DNA of 63,561 bases, counting the filler, from Piptocephalis cylindrospora (taxonomy: Eukaryota), in assembly GCA_003614145.1 (NCBI GenBank). It is 16 parts of 16 records of this genome, joined end to end, with 100 filler letters (N's around TTAATTAATTAA, not from the genome) between each part and the next. Parts side by side here need not be neighbours in the genome. Positions count along the whole stretch, not along the records: positions 31,809 to 35,702 come from KZ988606.1; positions 35,803 to 39,694 come from KZ988607.1; positions 39,795 to 43,686 come from KZ988608.1; positions 43,787 to 47,670 come from KZ988609.1; 12 more parts are not named here. The stretch is one strand, 5' to 3'. A program made the position numbers and the translations under genes. The notes below the pieces were generated by a model. That model did not search any database. It was given only the letters and a program-made list of their open reading frames with translations, and was not told where the DNA came from. Each line of letters starts with the position of its first letter. Position 1 is the stretch's first letter. Shown in pieces: positions 34,724-47,670 of the stretch.

Positions 34724-35542
34724 ATGCCACCGGCCCCAGGGGCCATGGGCCTCTCTGCCCGAATGAGGATGGTGGATCTCCCTAGGCATTTAGCTCGGGG
34801 ACTGGTCAATGGACAGAGCCAAGAGGCTCCTTCTGCCCCGTTACCTGGTAAGGGACAATCTCCGGTTAAAAGTGGGCCTCTAAAGAGGGCTGGGGAGGGG
34901 GAAGAGCTACGTCAGCAGGGAATCATTGAGCCCTCGGGACCAAAAATATTGCCTAAAGAGGTCGGGATTAAAGAAGGATTAAAAAATCCAATTCCCTCCG
35001 GGTATAGCACGAAGAGGAGAGATAAGGAAGAGGGGCGAGATAACTTGGAGGAGGAAGTCGAGAGAGACGATGGGGAGGGTGAGGGTGAGGATGAGGATGA
35101 GGAGGATATCATGACGTCCTTGCCTGCTAGGCCAGGATACTGTGAGAACTGCCGGGTCAAGTTTGATAATCTCGAGGAGCATGCCTTGACACAGAGACAC
35201 CGTCGGTTTGCTATTGATGATAGCTACTGGAGTGTCGTGGATGATGCCCTAAAGGGCCTTGAGCGTCCTATCCTCATTGAAACCCCGAAACGAAAGCGCC
35301 TTCCTGACTCCTGGTTGAGGTGGGACGAGACAGAGGGCAAGGACGATATTGGTCATTCTGGAGGGTCTAAGAGATCTCGCCGTGCCCTCGACAGCCCCAA
35401 TGAGGATGGGAGTGAGGTACAGGAGGAAGGCGAGGAGGAGCCGACGACAGAAGAAGAGGAAGGGAGTAATGAAGAGGAGGGCTCTGTCACTCTAGTGCGT
35501 ACCTCTCCCAACTATAGTCGGCGTCTCCTTGGGTCTTGCTAG
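34724..35542 (+). CDS. Protein with Dbf4-type C-terminal zinc finger
   Basis: PGYCENCRVKFDNLEEHALTQRHRRFA; true start uncertain. Confidence 0.7.
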   Translation: MPPAPGAMGLSARMRMVDLPRHLARGLVNGQSQEAPSAPLPGKGQSPVKSGPLKRAGEGEELRQQGIIEPSGPKILPKEVGIKEGLKNPIPSGYSTKRRDKEEGRDNLEEEVERDDGEGEGEDEDEEDIMTSLPARPGYCENCRVKFDNLEEHALTQRHRRFAIDDSYWSVVDDALKGLERPILIETPKRKRLPDSWLRWDETEGKDDIGHSGGSKRSRRALDSPNEDGSEVQEEGEEEPTTEEEEGSNEEEGSVTLVRTSPNYSRRLLGSC

Positions 35543-35992
35543 CCTTGAGATGATCAGAATGGGCCAGCGCTGTATCTCTCATTATCTCATTACCCTGCTT
35601 CCTCGTTGTTTCTTCCTCCTTTTCTGTCTCACTTACTCTTCTAAACTGTGACTGTGTATGCAAACTGATTCGAATACATTCATCTATCTTTCTATCCTAT
35701 TANNNNNNNNNNNNNNNNNNNNNNNNNNNNNNNNNNNNNNNNNNNNTTAATTAATTAANNNNNNNNNNNNNNNNNNNNNNNNNNNNNNNNNNNNNNNNNN
35801 NNAGGGGGGGGGGAGATAGAAAAGGGAAGGATCACATGCGTTGCACACGAGGGAAGGCTTATGTGATGACGTCGAGGATGAGGATGATCCGTTGGACGGA
35901 GTCTATAAAGACGGGCTCCAAGAGCACCGATCCTGACACATCCCTCTTTACTGAAACCACCACATTTCACCTTACTCTCTACGCCCTACGCA

Positions 35993-37358
35993 ATGCTTAC
36001 TTTCATTCTTTTCCTAGTTGCCATCGGATACTATGCTTCCAAGAGCATCCCTGCTCTAAGCACGTTACAAACACAGCTCAAAGGAACATCCTCGGGACTG
36101 GCCAGCCAGCTGGTCCGACGACTCTTCACAGCCGAGCCATCCATTCGTATCGAGCAGTATGGGATATGTGCTATTGCGTACGTGACCAGCCCAGGTCTGG
36201 AGGCTATATATCTAGGAATCTTTCACCAGTGGTGGCGAGTGAGCGAGATTCAGGAGGTGTCTGGATCCTCTAGCTCTGGTAAGGGCAATGGGGAACTCGT
36301 AGACAAAGCGGAGTCCTTACAAGAGGATGCAATCCAAGCCAGGAAAAACAAACAATGTAAGTAGCAAGAGGGGAAATAAGTTCGGGCGCACGACCCAACT
36401 AAAATCTTCCTTATGAATGAACGGATGACAGATGCTCGTGCCAGCGACCTGTATGTCCAGGCTGCTCGGCAATTCCTTACTGGAGGGGATGATGATAGGG
36501 AGGGAATGGTGGACACGTCCGGGATGGCAGGGCAATGCTATGAAGAGGCCTCCAAGTGCTCCAAGCAAGCTGGGAGGAAAGGTGAGTGGATATAAAGGAA
36601 AGGTCATGAGCTGATGGGGAAGCATAGATCCAAGCAAGATCACCCTCCTCCACTTTTAGAGGACTCCTCCTCTCAGTTGGATAAGGCCATTCAGGCCTAT
36701 TCCAAAGATCCTAATCGTCTCTCTCGGGCTGCGACCATGGCCGAGCGCCAGGCTACCCTTTGGTCCGAGGATGGAGATAAAACTGGAATGCTTAGGGCTG
36801 CCAAGGCACTTTCCAAGGCTGCTGACTTGTACGAGCAATCTGACGATGGGTATGTGCAAAATGATTGACTTTTATACTGGTCTACCGTGCAGCTTATCCC
36901 ATTCCCCCCTGTCTCTTTTCGACCAAAGGCGCTCTAGGTTTACCAGGGCCAAGGAGGGAGAAATGTGGGCAAAACTCCAGAGATACACAGAGGCACTCAA
37001 GGCGTATGATACCTCCCTGAAAGAGTCCACACAGTTTGGCGCTTCCGGAACCGAGTCACTCACCCTACCACCAAGGTATCTCTGTGCCCTCTTCTGCCTC
37101 ATGGGCACTGGGGCAGAATGGGAGGAGGTCCAGGCCAAGGCCGAGATCTACTCCAACCAGTGCTCTGCCTTTGACTCTAGCCCCGAGGCCCGCTTCATCA
37201 GACATCTATGCGACTTGGCGCTCGAAGGTGCTACCGAGATCCAGGCAGAGGCTCATCGTCAGACGTACCGATCAGGTAGGATGGAACCATGGCAATTGGA
37301 CGTCTTTCAAAAGCGCACTGCCTCCCTTGGAGATCCTTCCTCTGGATCCTTCCGATAG
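35993..37358 (+). CDS. Alpha-SNAP-like TPR protein with N-terminal membrane anchor/signal and extra ~90-aa domain; exons 35993-36356, 36432-36581, 36660-36849, 36929-37358
   Basis: Phase-consistent GT-AG introns; SNAP-like segments ASDLYVQAA, AGQCYEEASKC, AADLYEQ, YSNQCSAFDSSPEARFIRHL, MEPWQ. Confidence 0.7.
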
Positions 37359-37527
37359 CTATTGTTTCATGGATACACATTTTAGCATGGGGTGTTTGCA
37401 AGAGGGGATGGCCTCGTCCGTGTGCTCCTTCCCAATGATAACCTTTGTCTTTCAAATGTATGGAAAGTATGTTGATCCTTTATCCTTCTCTATTGACATG
37501 CATCATGAACCAGGAGGNNNNNNNNNN

Positions 37528-38503
<976 letters not shown>

Positions 38504-40652
38504 TCATCTCGCAATGTCGAGTATACTTCTCGGGCCCTATCCTTCATGGCAAGCACTTCTACATCACCCAACATGTGTCATCTTATACAGCTATCCAATC
38601 CCCACACCGTGCCATTTGTCCCATCCCTTCCTCACCCTTTGCTCTGTCTAAGGCGCAGGTTTCGCCCCATCATCCTGTAGAGTTGGGGACAAGAGGCTGA
38701 GTAGATCTCCCCCTCCCCTCCACCATACTGGTACTGTCCTTGGCTGCACTTACACAGCTTCCACATTCGTCCATACATATATGCATGCACACAGCACAGT
38801 CTTTATCCCATCCCCCTTCCGCACCTCTCGCTTTGGAGACTTGACACCTCTCCCTAGGATTGCCCAGACCTGCACAGCTCTTCTGTTCAATATGGCTGGC
38901 ATGAGCCTCTCTCCTTATTTGGACAAGGTAGAGAAAGGTCATTATCCTCTCTGGGATTAATATACCGTCTCTGCCTCTATCATGGTTCCCATCCATCGTG
39001 AAATGAAAGCTGGAGGGGAGATAGATAAATGCATCATCCAGGGCTAGTCCTACAATCCCCAGCATATCATGAGTGACATGTGGAACGCATGCACCCAGAC
39101 ACACGCCCTCTCTCCAATCCTATAGCCCTCACAGGACGGGATGAATGCAGCCTCTCTGTCGCGCTCCTATCATCATCTACCTCTCATCATGTCCTCTCTC
39201 AAAGTATGCACGTCGCATTTCCCAGCATGAATGTTGCCAGACTTCTCATCCTTGAGGAAATGCCTTGCCATGACCAGAACACTGGGGGTTGCGTACCTAG
39301 CATCGTTGAAGATTTACGCCCTTTGATCCTAGTACCCAGCCCCCCCGCTCGCCTACTCGTCAATCCTCTGGGAAAACTCAGCACACCACCTTCCCACCTC
39401 CCACACAACTCGCTCCTCCTAGAGCCTATCCTTCTTCATCCTGGTGGTAGTAACGACAACAGGATACACTCTCCACACCACTTTTGCCTCCGACTCGAGC
39501 CACTTGCTCACCCCGCCTCGCCACTAGCTTTCATTTACAACGATCCCACCTATCCTTCCCTCCCACTCTGCCTTCATCATCACCGCTCTCATCCTTTCCT
39601 TCTTTCCTTCACTTGCCCTCCACCCATTTCCATCCTTCTATCCCCACACCGTGCCATTTGTCCCATCCCTTCCTCACCCTTTGCTCTGTCTAAGNNNNNN
39701 NNNNNNNNNNNNNNNNNNNNNNNNNNNNNNNNNNNNNNTTAATTAATTAANNNNNNNNNNNNNNNNNNNNNNNNNNNNNNNNNNNNNNNNNNNNTCATAG
39801 TCGTTCACCCCTCCCCATCCACCTAGACCCTTCGAGTGTCCCTATCCAACATGCGGAAAGAGCTTTATCCCAGAAAGTCCCTGTCATTCGCCCTCCTTGC
39901 CCCCTCTCCGCCTCCCCTAAGCCCCCACCCCCCCCCCACCAACCCCACCCAAGAAACCCCCACCCCGAGCCCCCCCGCCCTTCGGGGTTCTCCCGGGAGA
40001 AGGGGGGGGGGGGGGGGGGGGGAGAAGATGGGAGGATGAAAATGGATAGCCCTCTTTTTTCTTTTTTGGATCTATAATGTTGATGCATAGCAATGGTCGT
40101 CGTAGAATTCATGCGAAGACTGTGCCCTTTAGATGTGGCGCGGTAGGGAGCCTTTGAGAAACGATCGTTGTGATGTCGTTGTGATGATCGTAGAATCTGG
40201 AGTTGATGATGATAGGATGATTAGGGTATGTGCGATGATCAAGCGGTACAAAGCTGGGGTATTAATAATAATAACAGTAGTAGTAGTAGTAGTAGTCAGA
40301 AATATGTATCTGCAGCGACGAGCACACACACACACACATATGCCACCCACACACGCACATTACACGCATGCGCACACATACATGTACACATTACACACAC
40401 ATGCACACACATACACACTTGGCTGGATAGTGTCAGAGTGTTCAGGGAGAGATTTCTTTTTTTTGTTTTTTTCCTAATCATCCTTCCACAACAACAGACA
40501 CACACACAGACACACACACACTTTTGACCAGGCCCTTTCAACTTTACCCACTCCTCAACGGATATTGAACGCCTTCCTTGACACTCTCTTTATCTCCATC
40601 CCTTCTCTCTCTCTCTCTCCATCCCCATCCCAAGTCTTTCTCGTCAGCCAAG

Positions 40653-42924
40653 ATGGCCGAAACGGTTCAGTATGCCCTCGAGTCCATGATCCCCGAGTTG
40701 GAGGATCTCGAGGAGAAGCATTTGTTTGTCAAGGTAAGTCGAGTCTATATGGAATGAGATGGACTGTTGTATCTTACCGCTCATCTACTCCCTCTAATAG
40801 CAAGAAATCCAATCTATTGTCAAGAAAAGAACAAAGCTAGAGTATGCCCTTCGGAGACCTTCCCCAAAAAAGACCGACTTTCTCAAGTATATTGAATACG
40901 AGTTGAACTTGGAGGCCTTGAGGAAGAAGCGAAAGGCTCGACTGATTGGTAGGTTGGGGAGGGGGGATGTTGGGGGCGAATGATGGTGATGGTGATGGTG
41001 ACAGCGCGCTTACCCCATCTCTCTCTTGTAGGAAAAGGCCCCAAGACCAGTGTTAGTGATTTTGCTGGGATGCGCCGGATCAACTTTCTCTTTGAACGGA
41101 CTGTCCGTCGATATCATGGCGATGTTGCCATTTGGGTTCAGTATGCCGAATTTGCAAAGTCCCAATCATCACCTCGTCTTCTTTCTCGCGTACTGGTTCG
41201 GTAAGTTTTAGGGAGGGTGCATAAGGGGCTCTATTCATGCTTCCAGAACGGGACTCATCCCACCCATCCTCCAGGGCACTGCAATATCATCCTGGAAAGG
41301 CTGAGCTGTGGATCATGGCGGCCAAATGGGAGTTTGATGGGAATCTCAACATTGTCGCTGCTCGATCCCTGATGCAGAGGGGTCTGCGGCTCATTCCGTC
41401 CTCCGAGGCTATGTGGCATGCGTACCATGGACTAGAGTTGGCGTATGTGGTGAAGTTGATCCATCGTCGTCGGATCCTTGGTATTGATGCTGCCGTGGCC
41501 GAGGAGGAACTGGAGCTGACTGAAGAGGGGAGGACAGGGAAGAAGAGGTCTGCGGAGGAGGACGGGGAGGAGGAGGAGGACGAAGGACACATCCTCCTGC
41601 CCACCATCACCGATCAGGAGTTTGCCGAAGGGGCCCAGACTGAGGAGGAAAAGGCTGAGGAGGAACAGCAGAGACTCATGCTCCGCAGCAACAGTGATGC
41701 GTTTCTCGCTGGTGCCCTTCCTCGTATCGTGTTTCGTCATGCCATTCTAGGTAAGGGAGTCTCCTTGATGGGGAGGGCGCGGAAGACCGTATACTCACTT
41801 GGTTTTCCTTAGCTATCCCTTCCTCTTTGGAATTCCGTCTGGATTGTGTAAAGAGATACGAGGAAGCCGGGGTAGATACGCTGGAGGAGGCCAAAGAGGA
41901 GGTGTGGTCGTCGATTTCCAGGGACTTTTCATCGTGTCCCCTGGCCATGGCCAAGTTGGCAGAAAGACACATCCACGGTCTGTCCCCCACCTCGGCAGCC
42001 TACGTCGACGCCCTGAAGGCATCTGCGACGGAGTATGATCAAGCCGTTGCTCACGTCCTGTCTTCTCCCTCCTCCAAGGACACGGAAGGGAGCGGAATCC
42101 AGTCGAAACGACTCTCCTTCCTCACGCAACAGCTTGGTCGGGTCAAGGAGGAAAATCTTCAGCTGTACCTGGCCCAATCCATTCTCCAGGCCTACGAGAC
42201 CCTCCTGGAGGAGGGGTCAATGACCGAGGAGCTGTACGAAAAGTACCTTAAATTTCTCGTGGACGTGTTGGGGGAGACGGAAAAGGCGAAGGAAGTGGGT
42301 GAGGAGGCCACCAAGGCCCATCCCAAGACAGAAGGGGTGTGGATCATTCGGGTGTCTTTGGCCAAGGAAGCCGAGGAGCGAAATGATCTATTGCACAAGG
42401 CCCTGAGGGTCTGTACGGACTCGCAGACACTTTGGACCCAGACCCTGAAGCAGTACATGCAGTCTTGGAACAAGGGAGAGTGGACCGAGGAGGAGATGGT
42501 GGAGAAGCTGGATCGGGCCATCCAGCTGGCCTCGACGCTTCCGGCCGAGTCATCGGACATTCTAGGGATGCTCCAGATGCGATATGTAGATTGGGCGCAC
42601 GAGTCCAACGGGCAAGTGGAAAAGGTGTATCGAGGGATCATCCGGACATCCCAGCCAACATTAGCTTTCCTCCAGCACTGCCTAAGTCTGGAACGGGAGG
42701 CCAAGGCTCCGGAGGCGCGGGTGGCCTGGTTGTACGAGCAGATGACACGTGTGTACCCGACGATGCAGACAACGTGGTTGTCGTGGATTGAATGGCTGTA
42801 CGGGATGGGCCGATTCCAGACGGCTTTACGTGTGCATGACCGAGCTTGTCGATCTGTTCTGGATGCATCCGAGTTTGAGAAGCAGTATCAGTCGTTGCTG
42901 AGCGGAGCTTCTACTCGGGCATAG
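40653..42924 (+). CDS. UTP6: U3 snoRNP HAT-repeat protein Utp6, multi-exon
   Basis: MAETVQYALESMIPELEDL, DFLKYIEYELNLE, LWIMAAKWEF..NIVAARSLMQRGLR. Confidence 0.92.
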
Positions 42925-43165
42925 ATGAAGACTTGCTGGGGGAGGGGACAGAGAGGATGGAAGGGAGGAATACAGATTAAGGTGGGATTAAATGGAATTG
43001 AATTGGTATGGGGGAGGCCTACGTTGCCCCCCGATGAATGACAAAATAGGGTGAGGAGATTGATCTGATGGGGGGGGGGGGGGGGGGGCCCCCCCCCCCC
43101 CAAAGGGGGCCCCCCAAAAAAAAAATAAAACCCAAAAAAGGTTTAAATTTCAAAGCAAATACCTA

Positions 43166-43686
43166 TTAATCCCATAGCCTTTGGATCCAGGTGATACGTT
43201 TGTCCGCATCAGCCCCGACGCCTCCATCCTTGCTCCCACTGTTCAGGCCATACCAAGTGCACAGGGTATGGAGAAGGAGACGGGTAAAGGGTGTGGGCAT
43301 ATCCCAGACCATGACGGTTCCAGTGCTTCCCGGGGACTTTTTAGGTTCTGTGGGATCGGTCGAGTCAGTGACGGACACAGGGACGTAATCCTCCTCGTCC
43401 CCCTCCCCCTCCTCGTGATCCGTGGGGGAGGGGGCCTCCATGAGATTCCAGGAATCAGCGTAGAGGGAATCGGATTGGGCATAGGCAAATGCGCGGATGT
43501 GATCCTCCATCTCCCGGACGTGGTCTATGTGGGCCCGACGACGAATGGACCGCTTGAGGCCCCGATGCAGACGGCGATGGGGGGATGAGGCGGATGAGGA
43601 CTGGGCCGGGGACACCTCTTCGGCCGGACACTCTAGGGGGAGGTCGATGAAATCAGGGATAAAGTGAAATGTGGGGGCCTCTCGGG
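43166..43686 (-). CDS. R3H-domain protein (R3HDM4-like), 5' truncated
   Basis: PFTRLLLHTLCTWYGLNSGS (RxxxH motif). Confidence 0.7.
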
Positions 43687-43786
43687 NNNNNNNNNNNNNN
43701 NNNNNNNNNNNNNNNNNNNNNNNNNNNNNNTTAATTAATTAANNNNNNNNNNNNNNNNNNNNNNNNNNNNNNNNNNNNNNNNNNNN

Positions 43787-43791
43787 TACAC

Positions 43792-43840
<49 letters not shown>

Positions 43841-43845
43841 TGCAC

Positions 43846-43894
<49 letters not shown>

Positions 43895-43905
43895 TACATA
43901 TACAC
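43787..43905. repeat. (TACACA)n microsatellite
   Basis: About 19 hexamer units; other CA/TG-rich tracts at ~2090-2200, 9950-10000, 40320-40520 and 48770-48830. Confidence 0.95.
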
Positions 43906-44117
43906 ACGTATTGCCCGCGTCCAAGCGGAGCTTCATCCCCCACCTGCACCGTTGTGGGAGGGGAGGAGGAGAGAGGGGAACGCACCATGATCCCCATCCA
44001 TCCCCCTCCAGTGACGGTAAGGGCCGCCACCTCATCCTCCTTCCCTACCCCTTCTCCCTTCCAGATCCCATCTATCCCCTCATCTCATCCACCCCCTCCC
44101 TCCCCCCTTCTCGATCC

Positions 44118-45032
44118 ATGTTTCTCACACGCTCAGAGTATGACAGAGGTGTCAACACCTTCTCCCCAGAAGGTCGTCTGTTCCAAGTGGAGTATGCCAT
44201 TGAGGCCATCAAGCTAGGATCCACCGCCGTGGGCATCCGAACCCCTGAGGGTGTGATCCTTGCCGTAGAGAAGCGCGTCACCTCCTCCCTCCTCGTCCCC
44301 GAATCCATTGAGAAGATCCTCGAATTGGACTCCCACATTGGCTGTGCCATGTCTGGGCTCACTGCCGACTCCCGTACCATGATTGACCATGCACGTGTCG
44401 AGGCCCAGAACCATCGCTTTACCTACGATGAGCCCATCCGCGTCGAGAGTGTCACCCAGTCTGTGTGTGATCTGGCCCTGAGGTTTGGTGAAGGCGCTGA
44501 TGGCCAAGAACGGATCATGAGCCGACCCTTTGGCGTTTCCCTTCTTATTGCCGGTGTGGATGAGAATGGCCCCCAGCTGTAAGAAGAAAGAGAACGTATC
44601 GTGCCGTGCTTAATGTTGAGAGTCTCCCAATAATTTTAAAATCCCTTCACTCACACCTTAATCTTCCATATCCCATCTTAGGTATCAAACTGATCCCTCT
44701 GGTACCTTTGTCCGGTACGAGGCTAAGGCCATCGGTGCCGGGTCCGAAGGAGCTCAGACTGAGCTACAAGAGCAGTATCATAAGGTAAGGAGAAAGCTGC
44801 TCGAACCTTTTACTCAAACCCTCTCACTCATCATTCTCTCCCCCCATCTCTCCACCATCCCATTTAGTCACTGACCCTCAAAGAGGCCGAGCTCCTCTCT
44901 CTCAAGATCCTCAAGGATGTTATGGAGGAGAAATTGAGCCCCGCAAATGTCCAGTTGGCCACTGTTACCTCCGCCAATGGCTTCCGTATCCTTCCAGAGG
45001 CCGAGTTGACCGCCCTGGTCGATGAGCTCTAA
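44118..45032 (+). CDS. PUP2: 20S proteasome subunit alpha-5, 3 exons
   Basis: [53 protein letters not shown]. Confidence 0.97.
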
Positions 45033-46030
45033 GTAGGAAGGATGAGGTCAGCAGCTCAGAACCTGTCGAAGAGTGCGTACGTGTGTTTGGGGATGAATGT
45101 GAAAATCAGTAAAGCGGTTTTCAAGTTATCTTTTCAAATGGGCTAGCACAATGCTCAGGCTATAGAATCGGTCCTCTGATCCTTCTCCATAATCCTCTAT
45201 AATCCTCCATACTACTAAAGAACGGTTGACTTTCTATTTAAAAATATATAGGAGGAAAGGTTAGAAGAATGTATCCACTACTACGACCCATAAGACCTGT
45301 AAGCATGTCGTACATACGGGAGATACGAGTGGATGTCTGGTCCTTCCTCCTACACAACTCCCCCAAAGGAGGAGGGGAGTAAGAGAGGGTTTCCAGACGG
45401 TCTTCTACGGCCTCTCAAGACACTAGGTAGCTCAACGCACCCGGCACTCAAGCCCTCCTTTCACCTAAACGCTCCCTGTCCCCTACTACCCTCAGTACTC
45501 GACCATAGGGAAGAGAACATTTGAGAAGCAGGGAAACAGGGCACAAACGTCAGGCTACTTAAAGGGTGAATCTCAAAGGAATGGGGGCTCCCAGTGTAGG
45601 ACCGAAGACAAACAAAGGGTCTGTCTGTGTGGGGCGATGTGGGGGCAAGTTTGTGCGGCACACAGTATGAATCAGACTGTGGTATGAGGAAATTGTGGGA
45701 TAAAGCGGCGGGTGAAAGTCAAGACTGGCTAAATCATCTTCCTTTCGATCTTAAACCGTATATGCCCATACCGAAAAGAAGGAGGGGTAGCCATGCTACG
45801 GTGTTTGACCGTTAGGGAAGACCATCACTTCTACATTGAAAGCTAAGGCCAAGGGCGAGGACGTGTGTAGTTGTAATAAATGTATATAAGATACCTATAT
45901 TTAAAATACTTTCATAATTATAGACTCATTACTATAAACACCTTAATTCATAAAAAAGATGATAAAACTACGTTATTTTCTCTTAGTAAGCCAAGTTAGT
46001 TAATATCAAAATATAATACTTGTCTATCGC

Positions 46031-46113
46031 ATGCCAGCTATCTTAGCAGACACGTTATTCGGATGTCCATTTGCCTACCCCACTAGGAAAAATAAAGTGG
46101 TTTTATCATTATC
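46031..46113 (+). mobile_element. Heavily 5'-truncated non-LTR/SINE-like insert, copy 2
   Basis: Similar to reverse complement of 5747-5829; flanked by ATACTTGTCTATCGC (46016-46030) and ATACTTGTTTATTGC (46114-46128); ends AATAAA...ATCATTATC. Confidence 0.7.
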
Positions 46114-46599
46114 ATACTTGTTTATTGCCCCATAAGACAGTGGTGGTTGGTTCATAGGTTATTGGTTGGATATAGAAATATTCATAGCTGAAAATGCGCT
46201 GTCTTTTTATTTATAAACCAACTAATGTAATTCTTTACATGACTCGTCATTATAGGCGATAGCGTAGGGTGGGAAAAATCGGGCAAGATCGCGCGAACTT
46301 GCGCACCTACACAGACACAAGCCCACACACTCATAGACACCATCTTCCCACGGAAGGTCCGTCTCTTCCCCACGTCCTGGAATGCCTGCCGGCTCGCTCA
46401 TTCCTGCTGGCTAGCCGTGGGAATGAGGGGTATAAGAGGTGTGTGTGGGGAGGAGAGAGAGAGGGTAGCGAGCCAACCTCACCCAGAATCTCCCTTCCCC
46501 TTCCCCTTCTTCTCTTCTCTTCTCTCCTTTCATCCATCCCTCACTTTCACTTCTCACTTTCACCCTTTACCACACCTCCCCCCTCCATCCCCGACCGAC

Positions 46600-47670
46600 A
46601 TGACGCTCAGGCTTTTCCTTCGGTCCACTCAACGAGCCCGTCTTCCAGTTGCCTTGGTACGTCAAGCCAATGTAGCAGGAGCATGGTGGACGGGAACACA
46701 GTATTCCGCCAGGTCCATCGCGCTGAAACAGCCATCCATCCCGGTACAGGAGTCCATTCCTGGGCTTGCCAGATACTACAGTTCGGCTCAAGGTAAGTTA
46801 GTGCTTGCCTCTTGCACCAGCCTTCTTATGCTTACTGTGAACACCCGTATAATGTTCTAGCCATGCCCAATATCACGGACCTTCAGGAAAAGCCTCTTCA
46901 TGACAAAATCCTCATTGCTAATCGGTAAGTCTCCGCTTTATCCTTCCCCATGCACAATTTTTCATTCATTCACGCCCTCGGAATCCACTCAGGGGAGAAA
47001 TTGCTTGTCGGGTTATTAAAACAGCTAAAGAGCTGGGTGTTAAGACTGTGGCTGTGTATAGTGAGGCCGATCGAGATGCCATTCATGTCCGTATGGCCGA
47101 TGAAGCATTCTGTCTCGGCCCAGCCTCTTCTTCGGAATCCTATCTTCGTCAAGACCGTATCCTATGGGCCGCAAAGGCGTCCGGGGCCAGGGCCATCCAC
47201 CCGGGCTACGGATTCCTATCCGAGAATGCCACCTTTGCTGAAAAGTGCGCCTCCGAAGGCATCGTTTTCATCGGCCCCCCGCCCTCTGCCATCACATCCA
47301 TGGGCTCTAAGAGCGAGAGCAAGGATATCATGATCGCAGCCGGCGTTCCCGTAGTCCCTGGGTACCATGGATCCGATCAAAGCCTGGAACGTTTGATGGA
47401 GGAGGCCGACCGTATCTCCTATCCCGTTCTCATCAAAGCCATCAAGGGTGGGGGCGGTAAGGGCATGCGAGTGGTCCAATCTGCTGCCGAGTTTGAGGAA
47501 ATGCTCGGATCGGCCAGGCGTGAGGCGATTAACTCCTTTGGGGACGACCAAGTGTATGTATGGGGTGTAGGAATTGTGTATCTCCCATGAGCACTTATCC
47601 TCTCTGATCTCATCTAGGCTGGTGGAAAAGTACTTGGTTAAGCCACGACACGTCGAGGTCCAGGTCTTTG
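46600..47670 (+). CDS. Mitochondrial biotin carboxylase, probably 3-methylcrotonyl-CoA carboxylase alpha; multi-exon, 3' truncated
   Basis: [60 protein letters not shown]; presequence. Confidence 0.88.

Noticed and set aside
38670..39694. ORFs 38670-39104 and 39080-39742, and the many short overlapping ORFs elsewhere
   Set aside because: No recognisable motifs; mostly antisense shadows or microsatellite-derived frames
45298..45835. TGTAAG...CTACA segment as another solo LTR
   Set aside because: No matching TSD and no similarity to the other LTRs noticed
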